Of a stretch of DNA of 64,000 bases, positions 20,395 to 30,714 are shown piece after piece (position 1 is the first letter of the stretch; the number at the start of each line of letters is the position of its first letter). Position numbers and translations under genes: made by a program. The stretch spans positions 186,001 to 250,000 of the forward strand of contig PS015009.1 of the NCBI GenBank assembly GCA_048213135.1, read 5' to 3'. The notes beneath the pieces were generated by a model that did no database searches, was not told the DNA's origin, and saw only the letters and a program-made list of their open reading frames with translations. This stretch comes from Reclinomonas americana ATCC 50394 (taxonomy: Eukaryota).

Positions 20395-20898
20395 TTATCG
20401 TCCAAACATATCATCATCCTTATCAATCCTCGTCTGGTCTTCCAGCGGGAATTCCTTACGCATGGGGAAATAATCCATTTCATCTACGTTCAGCACACGG
20501 ATGAGGTTAGGATGCCCAACGAAGTTCACCCCGAAAAAATCATAGGTTTCCCTTTCCATCCAGTTGGCCGCCTGGTACAATGCCGTTGCGCTGTACACGT
20601 CGGGTTTCGCGATGTCGGTAAATACCTTGAAACGGATGCGGATGTTATCGGTGAGGTTGTGCAGGTGGTATACCACTGCCAGTTCCGCGCCGGTTTGATC
20701 GGGATAATGAACGGCCTGCAGGTCGGTCATAAAGCGAAAACGCAGTTCCTCATCATCATAAAGAAACTGCAATACTTTTAAGTTGAGGTCTTTGGGCGCG
20801 GTAAAAGTGAGCATACCGTAAGGCTCCTGCCAGTTGGTGAGCTGGTCGCCAAATTTCTCAGTTAGTTTTTGTTGTATGGTCTCGTTCGTTAACGACAT
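20395..20898 (-). CDS. nuoC: NADH-quinone oxidoreductase subunit C
   Basis: ANWMERETYDFFGVNFVGHPNLIR..PMRKEFPL; start taken at MSLTNE. Confidence 0.95.
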   Translation of the reverse strand: MSLTNETIQQKLTEKFGDQLTNWQEPYGMLTFTAPKDLNLKVLQFLYDDEELRFRFMTDLQAVHYPDQTGAELAVVYHLHNLTDNIRIRFKVFTDIAKPDVYSATALYQAANWMERETYDFFGVNFVGHPNLIRVLNVDEMDYFPMRKEFPLEDQTRIDKDDDMFGR

Positions 20899-20995
20899 AA
20901 AGTCAAAATTCAAAAGTCAAAATTCAAAACGGAGAATGCTTCTCAATGAAGTGTTTTGATTTTTTACTTTTTACTTTTTAATTTTTACTTTTTAA
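20899..20995. repeat. Heptamer-repeat hairpin element, copy 3
   Basis: Same arms; fills the whole nuoB-nuoC intergenic space. Confidence 0.8.
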
Positions 20996-21559
20996 TTACT
21001 GTATCCCATATCCCGCCAGCAAATCTTTATACTGATCGCTGTGCCTTCTCCTCAACCCTTCTTCGTTCACCAGGTCCTGTATTTTCATAAACCCGTCGAG
21101 AATAGCTTCGGGCCTGGGCGGGCAACCGGGCACATAAACATCCACGGGTATCACCTGGTCGATGCCCTGCAATACGGAATAGGTATCGAAAATGCCACCG
21201 GAAGAAGCGCAGGCGCCCACTGCCATTACCCAGCGGGGCTCGGCCATTTGCAGGTATACCTGTTTCAGTACGGGGCCCATTTTTTTGGCAATGGTACCCA
21301 TCACCATCAGCAGATCGCACTGGCGGGGAGAGAACCCCACCCTTTCGCTTCCGAAACGGGCCAGGTCGTAGTGACTGGCCATGGTAGCCATAAACTCGAT
21401 ACCGCAACAGCTGGTAGCGAATGGCAGAGGCCATATGGAATTCTTACGGGCCAGGCTCACCACTTTTTCAAAGTTGGTCGCCATGAAACCTTCTCCCATA
21501 TACCCTTCGGGAATACCTTCAAACTTGACGTGATTGTTATATTGGACCGGACGTGACAT
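20996..21559 (-). CDS. nuoB: NADH-quinone oxidoreductase subunit B
   Basis: TSCCGIEFM, MAEPRWVMAVGACASSGG, YVPGCPPRPEA; start taken at MSRPVQ. Confidence 0.95.
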   Translation of the reverse strand: MSRPVQYNNHVKFEGIPEGYMGEGFMATNFEKVVSLARKNSIWPLPFATSCCGIEFMATMASHYDLARFGSERVGFSPRQCDLLMVMGTIAKKMGPVLKQVYLQMAEPRWVMAVGACASSGGIFDTYSVLQGIDQVIPVDVYVPGCPPRPEAILDGFMKIQDLVNEEGLRRRHSDQYKDLLAGYGIQ

Positions 21560-21566
21560 TCCTGTT

Positions 21567-21676
21567 AATTTGAAAATTTGAAAATGGCCCAATTTGAAAA
21601 TTATTGAGCATTTTATATTTTAAATGTGCTTACTTCCAATTGTCACATTTTCGTATTCGCACATTTTCACATTTGC
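21567..21676. repeat. Octamer-repeat inverted element at the nuoA/nuoB junction
   Basis: AATTTGAA-type units on the left, complementary-like ATTTTCAC/ATTCGCAC units on the right. Confidence 0.6.
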
Positions 21677-22072
21677 TTATTCTTCCCAGTCCAGCGCCCC
21701 TTTCTTGAAAATGTACACCAAGCCGGCTACAAAAAGGGACACAAAGACCACTACTGCTATAAAACCATTCCATCCCAGTTCTTTAAAGTTAACCGCATAA
21801 GGATAGAAAAAGATCACTTCCACATCGAACAGCACAAAAAGGATGGCCACCAGGAAGTATTTGATCGCCATAGGCTGACGGGCATTACCCCTGATGCCGA
21901 TACCGCTCTCAAAATTCTGCAGTTTGTCACTGGTCTTACGCTTAGGCCCCAGCCTGTCGGAAAGGATCATGATCGTAGCGATCAGCCCGATAGCGAAAAT
22001 GAGCTGGAGACCTATGGGCAGGTAACTGGCCGCGTTATTCAATCCATCTGCCTGGAGTAAGAAAAATGGCAT
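21677..22072 (-). CDS. nuoA: NADH-quinone oxidoreductase subunit A
   Basis: FESGI..YFLVAILFVLFDVEVIFFYPYA..KKGALDWE; start taken at MPFFLL. Confidence 0.95.
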   Translation of the reverse strand: MPFFLLQADGLNNAASYLPIGLQLIFAIGLIATIMILSDRLGPKRKTSDKLQNFESGIGIRGNARQPMAIKYFLVAILFVLFDVEVIFFYPYAVNFKELGWNGFIAVVVFVSLFVAGLVYIFKKGALDWEE

Positions 22073-22242
22073 ATTTTTTACAATTGTGCTGTATCCGCAA
22101 AAATAAGACAGCAAAAGCAATAATCCATAGTTAATAAAGGCTTACAATAAAATAATCCGGGGAAGTTTAAACGGCGGTCCCTGGCAAGAAAAATCCCGCT
22201 GTTGGAGCAGCGGGATCATATATCAATTCTTTTTCTTTGGTG

Positions 22243-24003
22243 TTATCTTTTTTTTTGCGCCACTGGCTTTACCGGCTGGGTAGTGGTTCCCGACGGTTTA
22301 GTACCCGGGTTGGTGGTCCTGGGCGTTGGCTGCCTTGGAGGCGCGGGTGTTGCGGCGGGCTTAATGGTCATTTTGCTCAGCTGATCCTTGATGTTCACGA
22401 AGTCGGTGTCTGCCGGGTCAAGGGCGATACCTTTATCCGTGTACAGGATAGCCGTATCCTTACTCCTCCTCACATTAGCATAAAACTCTATAAGGTAGCG
22501 CAGCGAGCTTTTAATACGGTCTTTTTCACCGGGTTTGTCTTTAATGGCGTCGGTCATATCCACGATCTTGGCGTAGTTCTTCAGCGCATCTCCGGCAACA
22601 TCCAGTGAATCAAGTTTGGAAAAGTTCCTGCCGTTCATGAAATAACCGAAAGACTCGTCAGGATATTTAGCGATGTATTTATTAAACACATCTATCGACT
22701 GCTGGTAAGCTCCTGCCCTGTTAAAGTTATAACCGGCATTGTACAGGTCAACCTTACCCGGGTCTTTCTTCACGGTCAGTATCCTGCTGTACCAGTCGGC
22801 AGCCTCTTTATACATCTTCTGTGCTTCGTATTTGGAAGCAATAGATTTGATCAGGGCTACTTTACCGGCTTCGGTGCTGTCGGCATCAATGGCTTTTTCC
22901 AGGAAGGTGCCGGCCAGCGACTCGTTACCGGGGAATTTCAGCAGGATCTCGGCATAGGTTTTATAGTCGCCTGAACCGATATCGGCCGGTTTTTCTTTCT
23001 TAAAGAATTCATCGAAAGACAATTTCGCGTTCACGGAATCGCCCAGCCTGTTGTAAGCGTAACCTTTCAAACCATACAGTTTGGGGTTTACATTAGCACC
23101 GGCGGCAGCCATACAGGCATCTACCTGTTTAACCGTTTCCGCGAAAAGCCCCTGTGCGTAGGTAAGCGTTGCTGTCAAACGGCAGCCATCAGGCTCATCC
23201 TTCGGACCTTTGGCCTGCAGGTATTTCGCCAGGTATTCGGCTGATTTGGGCACATTGGTTTCGTAGAAATATTGATACAGGGTGTAAAACACCGGTGTAT
23301 AGTTGGCATCCAGCGCAATGGCTTCATTATAGTACTTCATGAAGATATCTTCCTGGCCGCGGCCCTGCGTTTGGTAGATACGGCCAATGCGGTATTTACC
23401 ACGGGCATATTTAGGATTGAGCGCCAGCGCAGCTTCGTAAGATTGCTGTGCTTTACCACCATCGGCGAGTTTACGGTAGGCATCACCCAGGTTGGCATAC
23501 ACGTCCGGATCTTTAAAACCCTTGATTTGCGTAGCCTGTGTCAGCTTCTGGATGGCGTAGTTGGCGTCGCCCGCTTTTGAATAGAAGTCACCATTGGCCA
23601 TACCTACTGCATTCAGCACGGCAATGCTTTTACCGCCGCTGAGGCTGATGGCCGTTTCAAAATGGTTACGGGCTTCCTGTGTTTTGCCTTCCAGCAATTC
23701 CACGTGACCCACACCGGCGGTGAGCAACGCATCGCTGCTGTTGGCAGATAATGTTTTCAGGTATAAGGCTTTCGCTCCGGCAATGTCTTTATTATTGTCG
23801 GGACCCAGCAGGGCTTGTCCAAGCCAGTATACGGCTTCAGTATTATTAGGATTGGCATCCACCAGTTTCTGGAACAATTCTTTAGCGCTTACATACTTTT
23901 CATAGTACAATAAGTCCTTCCCTTCCTGGATGGTCTGCGCCTTTACCAGCCCCGTAAACAAAACGGCAACCAGTAATAAAAAACCTTTGTTGAACTTGCT
24001 CAT
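22243..24003 (-). CDS. Secreted/periplasmic tetratricopeptide repeat protein
   Basis: Signal peptide, several TPR-like helices (YANLGDAYRKL..YEAALALNPKY), Pro/Thr-rich tail. Confidence 0.85.
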   Translation of the reverse strand: MSKFNKGFLLLVAVLFTGLVKAQTIQEGKDLLYYEKYVSAKELFQKLVDANPNNTEAVYWLGQALLGPDNNKDIAGAKALYLKTLSANSSDALLTAGVGHVELLEGKTQEARNHFETAISLSGGKSIAVLNAVGMANGDFYSKAGDANYAIQKLTQATQIKGFKDPDVYANLGDAYRKLADGGKAQQSYEAALALNPKYARGKYRIGRIYQTQGRGQEDIFMKYYNEAIALDANYTPVFYTLYQYFYETNVPKSAEYLAKYLQAKGPKDEPDGCRLTATLTYAQGLFAETVKQVDACMAAAGANVNPKLYGLKGYAYNRLGDSVNAKLSFDEFFKKEKPADIGSGDYKTYAEILLKFPGNESLAGTFLEKAIDADSTEAGKVALIKSIASKYEAQKMYKEAADWYSRILTVKKDPGKVDLYNAGYNFNRAGAYQQSIDVFNKYIAKYPDESFGYFMNGRNFSKLDSLDVAGDALKNYAKIVDMTDAIKDKPGEKDRIKSSLRYLIEFYANVRRSKDTAILYTDKGIALDPADTDFVNIKDQLSKMTIKPAATPAPPRQPTPRTTNPGTKPSGTTTQPVKPVAQKKR

Positions 24004-24056
24004 TTTCTATGCTGTTTTAAACTTTACAATGTTATCAATTTTCTCAGTAACCGGTT

Positions 24057-24995
24057 CTATAATTTTTCATTAATTTTTACCGACCTCACTTCAAATCCCA
24101 TTACCGGTCCGAGATACGCTCTTCTGAAAATCAGTTGTCCTCTTTCATACTTCATAAACTGTGCAAACCCCGATCCAAGACCACTGTAATTTTCTTTCAG
24201 TATATAATACAAACCACGTACCAAAGGATATCTTTTCGACAGGATGCCCGACTGGCTTGGTTTTACATAAGGCGTATCGGCACAAACCTCACATTTCACA
24301 TAAGCGATTTTTACTTTCTTTAACATATTTACCTGTGCGGTGTCTTCCGGATTGCCGATCCAGCTGAATCCTACCAGGCCGATGGCATTGGGTGTGGAAG
24401 CCACCGTTTCCAGCACTTCCCTGCTGTTCTTCGCGGCTTTCACCACGCTGGTGTCGAAACTTTTTCCGCCCAGCAGGCTGTCCATCGCGTAGCGTACAAT
24501 ACTGGTGGCACGAAGACCATCGAATACCACTACCTGTTTATTGCCTAACCCGCCGCTGAGTTGCTGGCGCAGTCTTTCTTTGGTAAAAAGTGTATCGTTG
24601 CTCGACGCGTTCACCACAATGGTGATGGCATCTGTAGCAATGCGGTCGCTCACTGGTGCATAGGACAGGGAGTCGGCATAGAAACGGCTTTCCTTACTGG
24701 TGAGGCCACGGGTTACGATCACCATACGGTTGGCACTGTCGGAATAAAGATCACGCAGGCATTCCGCTTCGGGTTTATATTCCGCGATGATTTTTGTGCC
24801 AGGGAACGAGGCTTCGTATACGCTGATCTCTTCTTCTATCACCGGCCTGAAACTCTCATCAACGCTGATGTGGATGGTACCGCTGGAAGGCGTATCCGTT
24901 ACCGCGGATTTTTTTTCGTCACCGCCACAACCCCAGTTCAACAGCAGTCCTGCAGCGAGGAAACTGCCTGTTATGTAAAAACGAATGCGCTTCAT
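24057..24995 (-). CDS. PstS-like substrate-binding lipoprotein
   Basis: Lipobox WGC; DTPSSGTIHISVDESFRP; GLGSGFAQFMKYERGQLIF. Confidence 0.8.
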   Translation of the reverse strand: MKRIRFYITGSFLAAGLLLNWGCGGDEKKSAVTDTPSSGTIHISVDESFRPVIEEEISVYEASFPGTKIIAEYKPEAECLRDLYSDSANRMVIVTRGLTSKESRFYADSLSYAPVSDRIATDAITIVVNASSNDTLFTKERLRQQLSGGLGNKQVVVFDGLRATSIVRYAMDSLLGGKSFDTSVVKAAKNSREVLETVASTPNAIGLVGFSWIGNPEDTAQVNMLKKVKIAYVKCEVCADTPYVKPSQSGILSKRYPLVRGLYYILKENYSGLGSGFAQFMKYERGQLIFRRAYLGPVMGFEVRSVKINEKL

Positions 24996-25252
24996 TAATT
25001 TCTGAAATAATTTTTCCTGTAACCCCTGTAAATGCGGAAGATGCCGTAAATACAACAGATAACACCAAATATTTTGATAACAACGGGATCGTACTGGTCA
25101 ATGTACTGCCGTGTAGCGTTTACCGGGAACAGGAAGAAACAGCCCGCGCCAATGAGAAATATCCCCATCACATAGTTGGTGATGCTGCGCATGCGGACCA
25201 GGTTTTTTTCCCTGTCGCTGAGCGGTTGTTTTTCGAATTCTTCCAGTGCCAT
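24995..25252 (-). CDS. Small 2-TM membrane protein
   Basis: Two hydrophobic segments and YGIFRIYRG; its stop overlaps the next start (TAATG). Confidence 0.75.
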   Translation of the reverse strand: MALEEFEKQPLSDREKNLVRMRSITNYVMGIFLIGAGCFFLFPVNATRQYIDQYDPVVIKIFGVICCIYGIFRIYRGYRKNYFRN

Positions 25253-25324
25253 GGATAACAATTTTAAGAGGCTCCGGGTACAATGCACCCGGAGCCTGGC
25301 AAATTACTAAAAAATGCTGTTGTG

Positions 25325-26155
25325 TCAGTTGTACGGTACAAACTTTACAGGAATGGTATAGTATACAGCTACATTCTTTCCACCCCTGGTTTTGCCGGGT
25401 ACCCATTCGGGCATTTTCTTCAGCACACGTACCACTTCCTTATTGAATTCGGCGCCGCCGTCCTGCACGGTTTCAAAGCCCTGCAGTTTACCGTCGTAAC
25501 CTACTACAAACCTGACCTTTACTGAAATGTTCTCCCCTTCTTCCAGGTCACGCGGGTTGGTGAGGTTTCTTTCCAGGAACTTGCGCAGCGCATCCATACC
25601 ACCGGGGAATGAAGGCGCCACTTCCGGATCGCTGATGGGCTGGGCCGGGTTAAAAGGCGGCTCCGCGGGCGCTACAGGCGTACTCACCGTGCCGGTGCCG
25701 GGCTCGGTTACAGGAACCACCACCGGCGTTGTTCCGGGATCCACATTCGTATTGGTCACGCTGCCAATGGCTACGTTGGAGATGTCAACCAGTTTATTCG
25801 TTGAGTCCTTTTTCGCATCCACTACCTTGATATTGCTCACGAACTTTTGAGAAGGCGACGGCTTTTGTTTGGCCACAGGCTCTTTCTTTTGCGGCCCGGG
25901 CTCTTTCTGCTTCTGCTTTTCGGGGAGTTTTCCCATTTCCGTATCGGCCCAAACTGTTTCTACTTCAGGCTTCGCCTCTTTTTCCGGCAGGAAGCGGAAG
26001 GCGCACAAAGCCAGCACGCCGCCAAACACCAGCAAAAGGGATTTCATGAGCCGGCCGGGGTAATACTTCCGCAGGTCATAGGCACCATAGGCCTTATTCC
26101 GCCGGTCGAAAATAATGTCGAGCACATCCGATCTGAGTATAATATCCTTGTTCAT
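25325..26155 (-). CDS. tonB: Energy transducer TonB (third paralog)
   Basis: LDIIFDRRNKAYGAYDLRK; PSFPGG..VRFVVGYDG..WVPG. Confidence 0.88.
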   Translation of the reverse strand: MNKDIILRSDVLDIIFDRRNKAYGAYDLRKYYPGRLMKSLLLVFGGVLALCAFRFLPEKEAKPEVETVWADTEMGKLPEKQKQKEPGPQKKEPVAKQKPSPSQKFVSNIKVVDAKKDSTNKLVDISNVAIGSVTNTNVDPGTTPVVVPVTEPGTGTVSTPVAPAEPPFNPAQPISDPEVAPSFPGGMDALRKFLERNLTNPRDLEEGENISVKVRFVVGYDGKLQGFETVQDGGAEFNKEVVRVLKKMPEWVPGKTRGGKNVAVYYTIPVKFVPYN

Positions 26156-26250
26156 TGTATTAGGTTTTGAAATGATCAATCGAATTCCAAAACCAGCGCT
26201 GGTTGTTTATTAGATGCGGGGAGATGATGAATCCATAAAAGAAGGTGTTA

Positions 26251-26402
26251 ATGTGCGGATGTGTGAATGTGCAGATATGCGAATTTGTAGATGTGTGAAT
26301 ATGCGAATGTGGGGTGTGCAAATTTGCAGATGAGGGTTGAAATTCCTTCATTCCTTCCTTCATTCCTTCCTTCTTTCCTTCCTTCATTCCTTCCTTCTTT
26401 CC
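26251..26402. repeat. Composite simple repeat: octamer ATGTG(C/T)GA run followed by a TTCCTTCCTTCA run
   Basis: Directly visible; a similar TTCC run occurs at 44054-44086. Confidence 0.75.
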
Positions 26403-26425
26403 CCCGCCTGCCGTATCTTCGCATC

Positions 26426-26896
26426 ATGAAAATTTTGATGGTGTGCCTGGGTAATATCTGCCGCAGTCCGCTGGCGGAAGGCATCCTGCAGCATAAGGCC
26501 AGTAGGGCCGGGCTGAACTGGGTGATCGACAGCGCGGGCACCAACGGCTACCATACCGGGGAAGCACCGCACCGGCTGAGCATAAAAGTGGCCGCCCTTA
26601 ATGACATTGACATCAGCAACCAGGTGAGCCGCCGTTTCGTGAAAAAAGATATTGAACAGTACGATATCATTTACGCGATGGCCGCCGATGTAATGGATGA
26701 CATCCGCCGCATTGCCGGCAACGATTTTCATCCCGGTAAGATCAGGCTGTTCCTGCCCGACACGTTACCACATGAAGGGGAAGATGTTCCCGATCCCTGG
26801 TATGGTGGTGAAGATGGCTACCACGAAGTATATGACCTGCTGAACAGGGCCTGCGATGCGCTGCTGCAGCGTGAACCGGCATCATTACATAACTGA
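26426..26896 (+). CDS. Low-molecular-weight protein tyrosine phosphatase
   Basis: VCLGNICRSPLAE P-loop; DVPDPWYG. Confidence 0.93.
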   Translation: MKILMVCLGNICRSPLAEGILQHKASRAGLNWVIDSAGTNGYHTGEAPHRLSIKVAALNDIDISNQVSRRFVKKDIEQYDIIYAMAADVMDDIRRIAGNDFHPGKIRLFLPDTLPHEGEDVPDPWYGGEDGYHEVYDLLNRACDALLQREPASLHN

Positions 26897-26923
26897 CCGC
26901 ATTTCTGCAAAACAATACAACAC

Positions 26924-28294
26924 ATGAGCAATAAGGCTTCTATTCCGCAGGGTACAAGAGATTTCCCGGCAACGGTAGTGCGGAAACGTAACTATATATT
27001 ATCAGCCATAAAGAATGTATTTGAAGTATACGGCTTCCAGCCGCTGGAAACACCGGCCATGGAAAACCTGGATACCCTGATGGGTAAGTATGGTGAAGAA
27101 GGTGATAAACTGATCTTCAAAATACTCAACAACGGGCTCGACAATAAAGACAAACTGGAAAAGACCAAGGCGGGTTTTGAAAAGGTACTGGAAGGAAAGA
27201 ATACCAAGGACATTACTGAACGTGCCTTAAAATATGACCTTACCATTCCCTTCGCCCGGTATGTAGCTATGAACCACGGACAGCTTACCTTTCCCTTCAA
27301 ACGTTACCAGGTACAGCCGGTATGGCGTGCCGACCGTCCGCAACGGGGCCGCTACCGCGAATTCACACAATGCGACGCCGACGTGGTCGGCAGCACTTCA
27401 CTCATCAACGAAGTGGAACTGGCCAATATTTATCACCAGTCGCTGAACACACTTGGACTGGCCGGGTACGAACTGCGTATCAACAGCAGGAACATCCTTG
27501 CCGCATTGGCCGAGAGCTGCGGCGGAGCGGATAAAATGACCGACATCAGCGTAGCCATCGACAAACTGGATAAAATAGGACTGGAAGAAGTGAAGAAAGA
27601 ACTGCTGGGCCGTGGGATCAGCGATACACAGGTTGGCACAATTGAAAGCTATCTTCTTATTGAAGGCAGCAACGCGGAAAAAATGCAGCGCATCCGCACC
27701 GTGCTGGGGCAGTCACCCGAAGCGGAAAAAGGCATCGCCGAACTGGAATTTGTACTGGCCCGCGCCGGCAATACCAACCTGGTGGTGGATTTTACACTGG
27801 CAAGAGGACTGAATTACTATACAGGTATTATTTTTGAAGCGAAAGCACCGGCAGAAGTGAAGATGGGCAGCATCGGCGGCGGCGGGCGTTATGATGACCT
27901 TACCGGTCTTTTTGGCGTACCCGGCATACCCGGTGTGGGCATCAGTTTCGGCATCGACCGTATTTATGATGTACTGGAAGAACTGGACCTGTTCCCCGCC
28001 GACCTGCAGGTAGGTACAAAAGTGCTGTTCTTTAATATGGGGGAAGCTGAAGCAAGTACGGCTTTTGCACTCATGCAGGAATTACGCGGAAAAGGCATCG
28101 CCTGCGAACTGTATCATGAAAACGCGAAGATCAGCAAGCAGTTCAATTACGCGGAAAAGAAGCAGATACCCTATGCCGTGATCATCGGCAACAGGGAAAT
28201 GGAAAACAAAGAATGCCAGGTCAAGCGTTTGGCCGATGGCGTACAGGAAACCGTTGCCTTCGACCGGCTTTCCGATTTTTTTAACAAGGCATAA
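26924..28294 (+). CDS. hisS: Histidine--tRNA ligase
   Basis: GTRDF, LKYDLTIPFAR, RADRPQRGRYREFTQCD, RGLNYYTG, GGGRYD. Confidence 0.97.
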   Translation: MSNKASIPQGTRDFPATVVRKRNYILSAIKNVFEVYGFQPLETPAMENLDTLMGKYGEEGDKLIFKILNNGLDNKDKLEKTKAGFEKVLEGKNTKDITERALKYDLTIPFARYVAMNHGQLTFPFKRYQVQPVWRADRPQRGRYREFTQCDADVVGSTSLINEVELANIYHQSLNTLGLAGYELRINSRNILAALAESCGGADKMTDISVAIDKLDKIGLEEVKKELLGRGISDTQVGTIESYLLIEGSNAEKMQRIRTVLGQSPEAEKGIAELEFVLARAGNTNLVVDFTLARGLNYYTGIIFEAKAPAEVKMGSIGGGGRYDDLTGLFGVPGIPGVGISFGIDRIYDVLEELDLFPADLQVGTKVLFFNMGEAEASTAFALMQELRGKGIACELYHENAKISKQFNYAEKKQIPYAVIIGNREMENKECQVKRLADGVQETVAFDRLSDFFNKA

Positions 28295-28340
28295 CGGTTA
28301 CTTATATACGTAGTATAGCATTAATTAAAAAACCATCAAC

Positions 28341-30017
28341 ATGAAATCATTTCGTTTACATTGGCTGGCCGCACTCCTGCTGCTGCTGGCCTCCTGCAGT
28401 AAGACCAATAAGCAGGGCAAATTCATTCCTAAAGACGCGGCCATGGTACTGCACATCAACGGTGAGCAGGTGAATACCAAACTGCCCTGGGATGAGGTGA
28501 AAGCCAATCCTATGTTTGTGCAACTGTACCAGGACAGTACCCTGCCGCAAAGCATGAAGCAGGTGCTCGACAATCCCGATAACAGCGGCATCGACATTAA
28601 AACCGATCTCCTTGTTTTCATGATGAAAGATTCTGCCGGCGCTTATATTGGCGTTACCGGCACCGTAAAGGATGAAGCTAAATTCAAAGCCTTCAACCTC
28701 GAATCATCCAAAGGAAGTGTGAGCGAAACCAATGGCGTCAGCTATATCGCCAAATCACCGGTTTGCGTGGGTTGGAACAAAGACAAGTTTGTTTATGTGA
28801 TCGACGCCCCGCAAATGAGCAAGGCTACATCTTTCAGCAATATAGATGACGCGGATAAAAAGCCCAGGGATGTGGGTGCTACCTGCCGCTCAGTATTCGA
28901 CCTGAAAGAAAGCAACTCACTCTCTAAAGATGAGAAGTTCAGCACGCTGATGGGCAACAAAGGCGATGTACACTTCTGGCTGAACACCGAAAAATTCTAC
29001 AGCGGCATGGGTGGGGCTATGGGCGCTATGTCTATGTTCAAACTCGATAAATTATACGAAGGCAACATTACCGCGGCCACCGCTACTTTCGACAATGGTA
29101 AAATAGATGTGGAATACAAAAGCTATGTAGGCAAAGCGCTGAAAGATGTGGTTAAAAAATATTCCGGCGGCAAACTCAACGAAGACATGCTGAAACGCAT
29201 TGCCGCTAAAGACGTGGCTGTCGCTTTCGCCTTCCATTTCAAACCCGAGGGCATCCGTGAACTGCTGAAAGTGATGGAACTGGAACCCATCGTAAATATG
29301 GGACTGGCTTTCGCCGGTTTCTCACTCGATGATTTCATTAAAGCCAATAAAGGCGACCTCGCTTTTGCCATGACCGACTTTAAAGTAAAGACAGACTCTG
29401 TAGTGATCCATGGTCTTGATGGCAAGATGGCCCCCATCACCACTACCAAAATGGAACCCGATTACATTTTCGCCGTAGCGGTAGACGATAAAGAATCCTT
29501 CGGCAAACTGATACAGGCCGCGAAAAAACTCTCCCAAAGCGAAAGCGACAACAAAGCTTCTTACAATACCGGTAACGGTTACTTCGCACTGGGCAGTTCG
29601 CAGGAGAATGTAGAAAAATACCTGGCCGGCAATGCCAACAGCAATTTTGATTTTATCAAAAAGATCAGCGGCAATGCACTCGGTGGTTATATCAACATAC
29701 AAACCCTGCTGAAATCTATGCAGGCCGAAGTGGCTAAGGACAGCAGCAGCATTGAAGTGTACAACGCTTCACTGAAATTCTGGGACAATGCCTACATCAC
29801 CGGTGGTGATTATTCCGACGGCGGGCTGAGTTACAAAATTGAGATCAACCTGCTCGACAAAAACACCAACAGCCTCAAACAACTGAACCAGTACCTGGGC
29901 CTGGTGGGCAAACACATGGAAGAAAGGAAAAAAGACGTGGCCGACTGGGAGAAGATCGACGAAATAAAACCCGTTGACACCGTAGTGACGGCTCCTGTTC
30001 CCTCACCAAGACATTAA
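28341..30017 (+). CDS. Lipoprotein (DUF4836-like) associated with an ABC transporter
   Basis: Lipobox LASC; IPKDAAMV..NPDNSGID; C-terminal NSLKQL; lies upstream of the ATPase and permease. Confidence 0.65.
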   Translation: MKSFRLHWLAALLLLLASCSKTNKQGKFIPKDAAMVLHINGEQVNTKLPWDEVKANPMFVQLYQDSTLPQSMKQVLDNPDNSGIDIKTDLLVFMMKDSAGAYIGVTGTVKDEAKFKAFNLESSKGSVSETNGVSYIAKSPVCVGWNKDKFVYVIDAPQMSKATSFSNIDDADKKPRDVGATCRSVFDLKESNSLSKDEKFSTLMGNKGDVHFWLNTEKFYSGMGGAMGAMSMFKLDKLYEGNITAATATFDNGKIDVEYKSYVGKALKDVVKKYSGGKLNEDMLKRIAAKDVAVAFAFHFKPEGIRELLKVMELEPIVNMGLAFAGFSLDDFIKANKGDLAFAMTDFKVKTDSVVIHGLDGKMAPITTTKMEPDYIFAVAVDDKESFGKLIQAAKKLSQSESDNKASYNTGNGYFALGSSQENVEKYLAGNANSNFDFIKKISGNALGGYINIQTLLKSMQAEVAKDSSSIEVYNASLKFWDNAYITGGDYSDGGLSYKIEINLLDKNTNSLKQLNQYLGLVGKHMEERKKDVADWEKIDEIKPVDTVVTAPVPSPRH

Positions 30018-30070
30018 TATTAATGCATCATAAAGCCGTTGGATAACACCAGCGGCTTTTCATTTCGCCT

Positions 30071-30712
30071 ATGCATATCCAACTGAATAAAGTAGTACCG
30101 GAATTCATTGAACCCGAAAAGATCGCCAGTTCGGAAGTATGGAATCATGCCATCCGTTTCGAACCCGGCGAAAGGTTGCAGATTGTTGCGCCCAGCGGCA
30201 GGGGTAAAACCTCCTTCCTGCATTTTTTGTACGGGCTGCGGAAAGACTATTCCGGGCAGATATTATACAATGGCAAGAACATACACAGTTTTGACACCGA
30301 AGATTTCTCCGGCTGGCGGCAACGCCATGTGAGCGTTATCTTCCAGGACCTGCGGTTGTTTCCTGAACAGACCGTATTGCAAAACCTGGAAGTAAAAAGA
30401 CAACTGGCGCCTTATCACCCGCAGTCGAAGATCGCGGAAATGGCCACCCGGCTGGGCATCGGCAACAAACTGGACAAGCCCTGCAAAACCTGCAGCTATG
30501 GCGAACAGCAACGCATTGCCATCATCAGGGCCTTGCAGCAGCCTTTTAATTTTTTATTGCTCGACGAACCGTTTAGCCACCTCGATGAACACAACCGCCA
30601 GATCGCCATGGAACTGATGGAAGAAGAAGCCACCGCACGCCAGGCCGCCATCATCCTCGCCGACCTGAAAGTGATCACTTATTTCAACGCACAAAGAACC
30701 CTGTCGCTTTAA
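30071..30712 (+). CDS. ABC transporter ATP-binding protein
   Basis: Walker A APSGRGKT; SYGEQQR; LLLDEPFSHLD. Confidence 0.92.
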   Translation: MHIQLNKVVPEFIEPEKIASSEVWNHAIRFEPGERLQIVAPSGRGKTSFLHFLYGLRKDYSGQILYNGKNIHSFDTEDFSGWRQRHVSVIFQDLRLFPEQTVLQNLEVKRQLAPYHPQSKIAEMATRLGIGNKLDKPCKTCSYGEQQRIAIIRALQQPFNFLLLDEPFSHLDEHNRQIAMELMEEEATARQAAIILADLKVITYFNAQRTLSL

Positions 30713-30714
30713 TT

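Noticed and set aside
26160-26425. ORFs MKEGKKEGMKEG.. and the N-terminal extension of the phosphatase
   Set aside because: These are translations of simple repeats; the phosphatase fold begins at MKILMVC (26426).
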